From a bacterium BMS3Abin06 (GTDB taxonomy: Bacteria > Nitrospirota > Thermodesulfovibrionia > UBA6902), in the NCBI GenBank assembly GCA_002897895.1, contig BDSY01000027.1, positions 4,644 to 68,643 of the forward strand: 64,000 nt of DNA, given 5' to 3'. A program made the position numbers and the translations under genes. Positions 63,191 to 64,000 of this stretch are shown one piece after another. The notes beneath the pieces are model-generated. The model searched no databases. It was not told the origin of the DNA and was given only the letters and a program-made list of their open reading frames with translations. The number at the start of each line of letters is the position of its first letter. Position 1 is the stretch's first letter.

Positions 63191-64000
63191 ATGGAAATTC
63201 CATGGGTGATAGAGGAGCATACAAAAGTAAAACATCAATTATTAAAAAGTTACATCAATCCTTGGATGGCGATATTATTTAGTCAACAGAAAAGAATGGG
63301 ATTCCCGGAAAGACTGTTTTACTTTGATGGATTTTCTGGTCCCGGTATTTATTATGAAGACAATTCAGAAAGTTCAACCTGCCTTGGCTCTCCATTAATT
63401 GTTGCTGAAATAGCGAATAAATATTTAGATGCTAATTCAAAGAGAGAAATCATTCTCACATGTACAGACAATCATGGAGGATGCGTCAATATGCTCAACC
63501 AAAAATTAACTGAAATGAACAAGCATGAGCAGAGATGGAAAGCTTATCACGCTGAATTTGATACAGCTATAAATGCTATATTAGACCTTATCGAAGAAGA
63601 TGGTTTGAATACTTCTCCAATGTTTTTCTTTATTGATCCTTTTGGATATTCAGGGTTCCCCTTGTCGACAATAGAAAGAATCTTAAAATTTCCGCAAGCC
63701 GAACTATTTATAAACTTCATGATATATGACATTATTAGATTTTGTGAGGAGAAGCAATTTGAAGAAAATATGGAAGCATTATTTGGATGCAAAGAATTTA
63801 AAAAAGTCAGTGCCCTCAATGGTGAGGAAAAACAAAGCTACTTAGTAAATCTGTATTGTAAACAATTAAAGAATGTTGCGAGAGCGGAATTTGTTATGCC
63901 TTTCAGAATTAATACACCTAAACAGGGTAATAGGCCAAAATATTATTTAATTCATGCGTCTAAGAAATTTAAAGCATTAAAGGTGATGAAGGATACTATG
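63191..64000 (+). CDS. Three-Cys-motif partner protein TcmP-like (MTase fold); partial, runs off the window end and is absent from the ORF track
   Basis: MEIPWVIEEHTKVKHQLLKSY, FDGFSGPG, FFFIDPFGY, ELFINFM, YYLIHAS. Confidence 0.8.
   Translation, partial: MEIPWVIEEHTKVKHQLLKSYINPWMAILFSQQKRMGFPERLFYFDGFSGPGIYYEDNSESSTCLGSPLIVAEIANKYLDANSKREIILTCTDNHGGCVNMLNQKLTEMNKHEQRWKAYHAEFDTAINAILDLIEEDGLNTSPMFFFIDPFGYSGFPLSTIERILKFPQAELFINFMIYDIIRFCEEKQFEENMEALFGCKEFKKVSALNGEEKQSYLVNLYCKQLKNVARAEFVMPFRINTPKQGNRPKYYLIHASKKFKALKVMKDTM

Noticed and set aside
1-64000. Many 60-170 aa ORFs antisense to or nested in long genes (e.g. 1160-1603, 14019-14405, 38692-39138, 59774-60409, 63547-63819)
   Set aside because: Shadow frames of well-supported genes; no recognisable motifs

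Overview
Bacterial chromosomal window with three parts. (1) 1-37.6 kb: a flagellin-glycosylation island. It holds a GDP-linked legionaminic-acid-type pathway (legB, legC, NeuD-like acetyltransferase, neuB; then neuC, CBS-nucleotidyltransferase, neuA). A ~23 kb accessory cassette splits that pathway: six radical SAM enzymes (two B12-binding, one HemN-like), a cupin-ThDP enzyme fusion, UxaA-family dehydratase, SDR, methyltransferase, C-terminally truncated pyruvate kinase, APS kinase-like protein, sulfotransferase, two glycosyltransferases and Uma2 genes. The island ends with a TPR/GT-B protein and a Maf-type transferase. (2) 37.7-43.9 kb: fliC-flaG-fliD-fliS-fliT-like, with clear sigma28 promoters; a sigma54 promoter sits upstream of neuC. 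(3) 43.9-58.8 kb: mostly housekeeping genes (valS, nadC, DUF177-rpmF-plsX-fabH, acyl-CoA dehydrogenase, trpE-trpG, a large glycosidase-fold protein). tRNA-Gly(GCC) follows, then a defence-type cluster (MntA/HepT, 1094-aa N6-adenine MTase, TcmP-like gene cut by the window end). Short 7/8-mer tandem-repeat elements and REP-like palindromes are scattered throughout; several lie in frame inside genes and one is flanked by a 12-bp direct repeat. Gene content suggests a Nitrospirota/Desulfobacterota-like flagellated anaerobe (weak inference). No CRISPR array, rRNA, integrase or transposase was seen. All calls come from motif recognition by eye, with no database searches.
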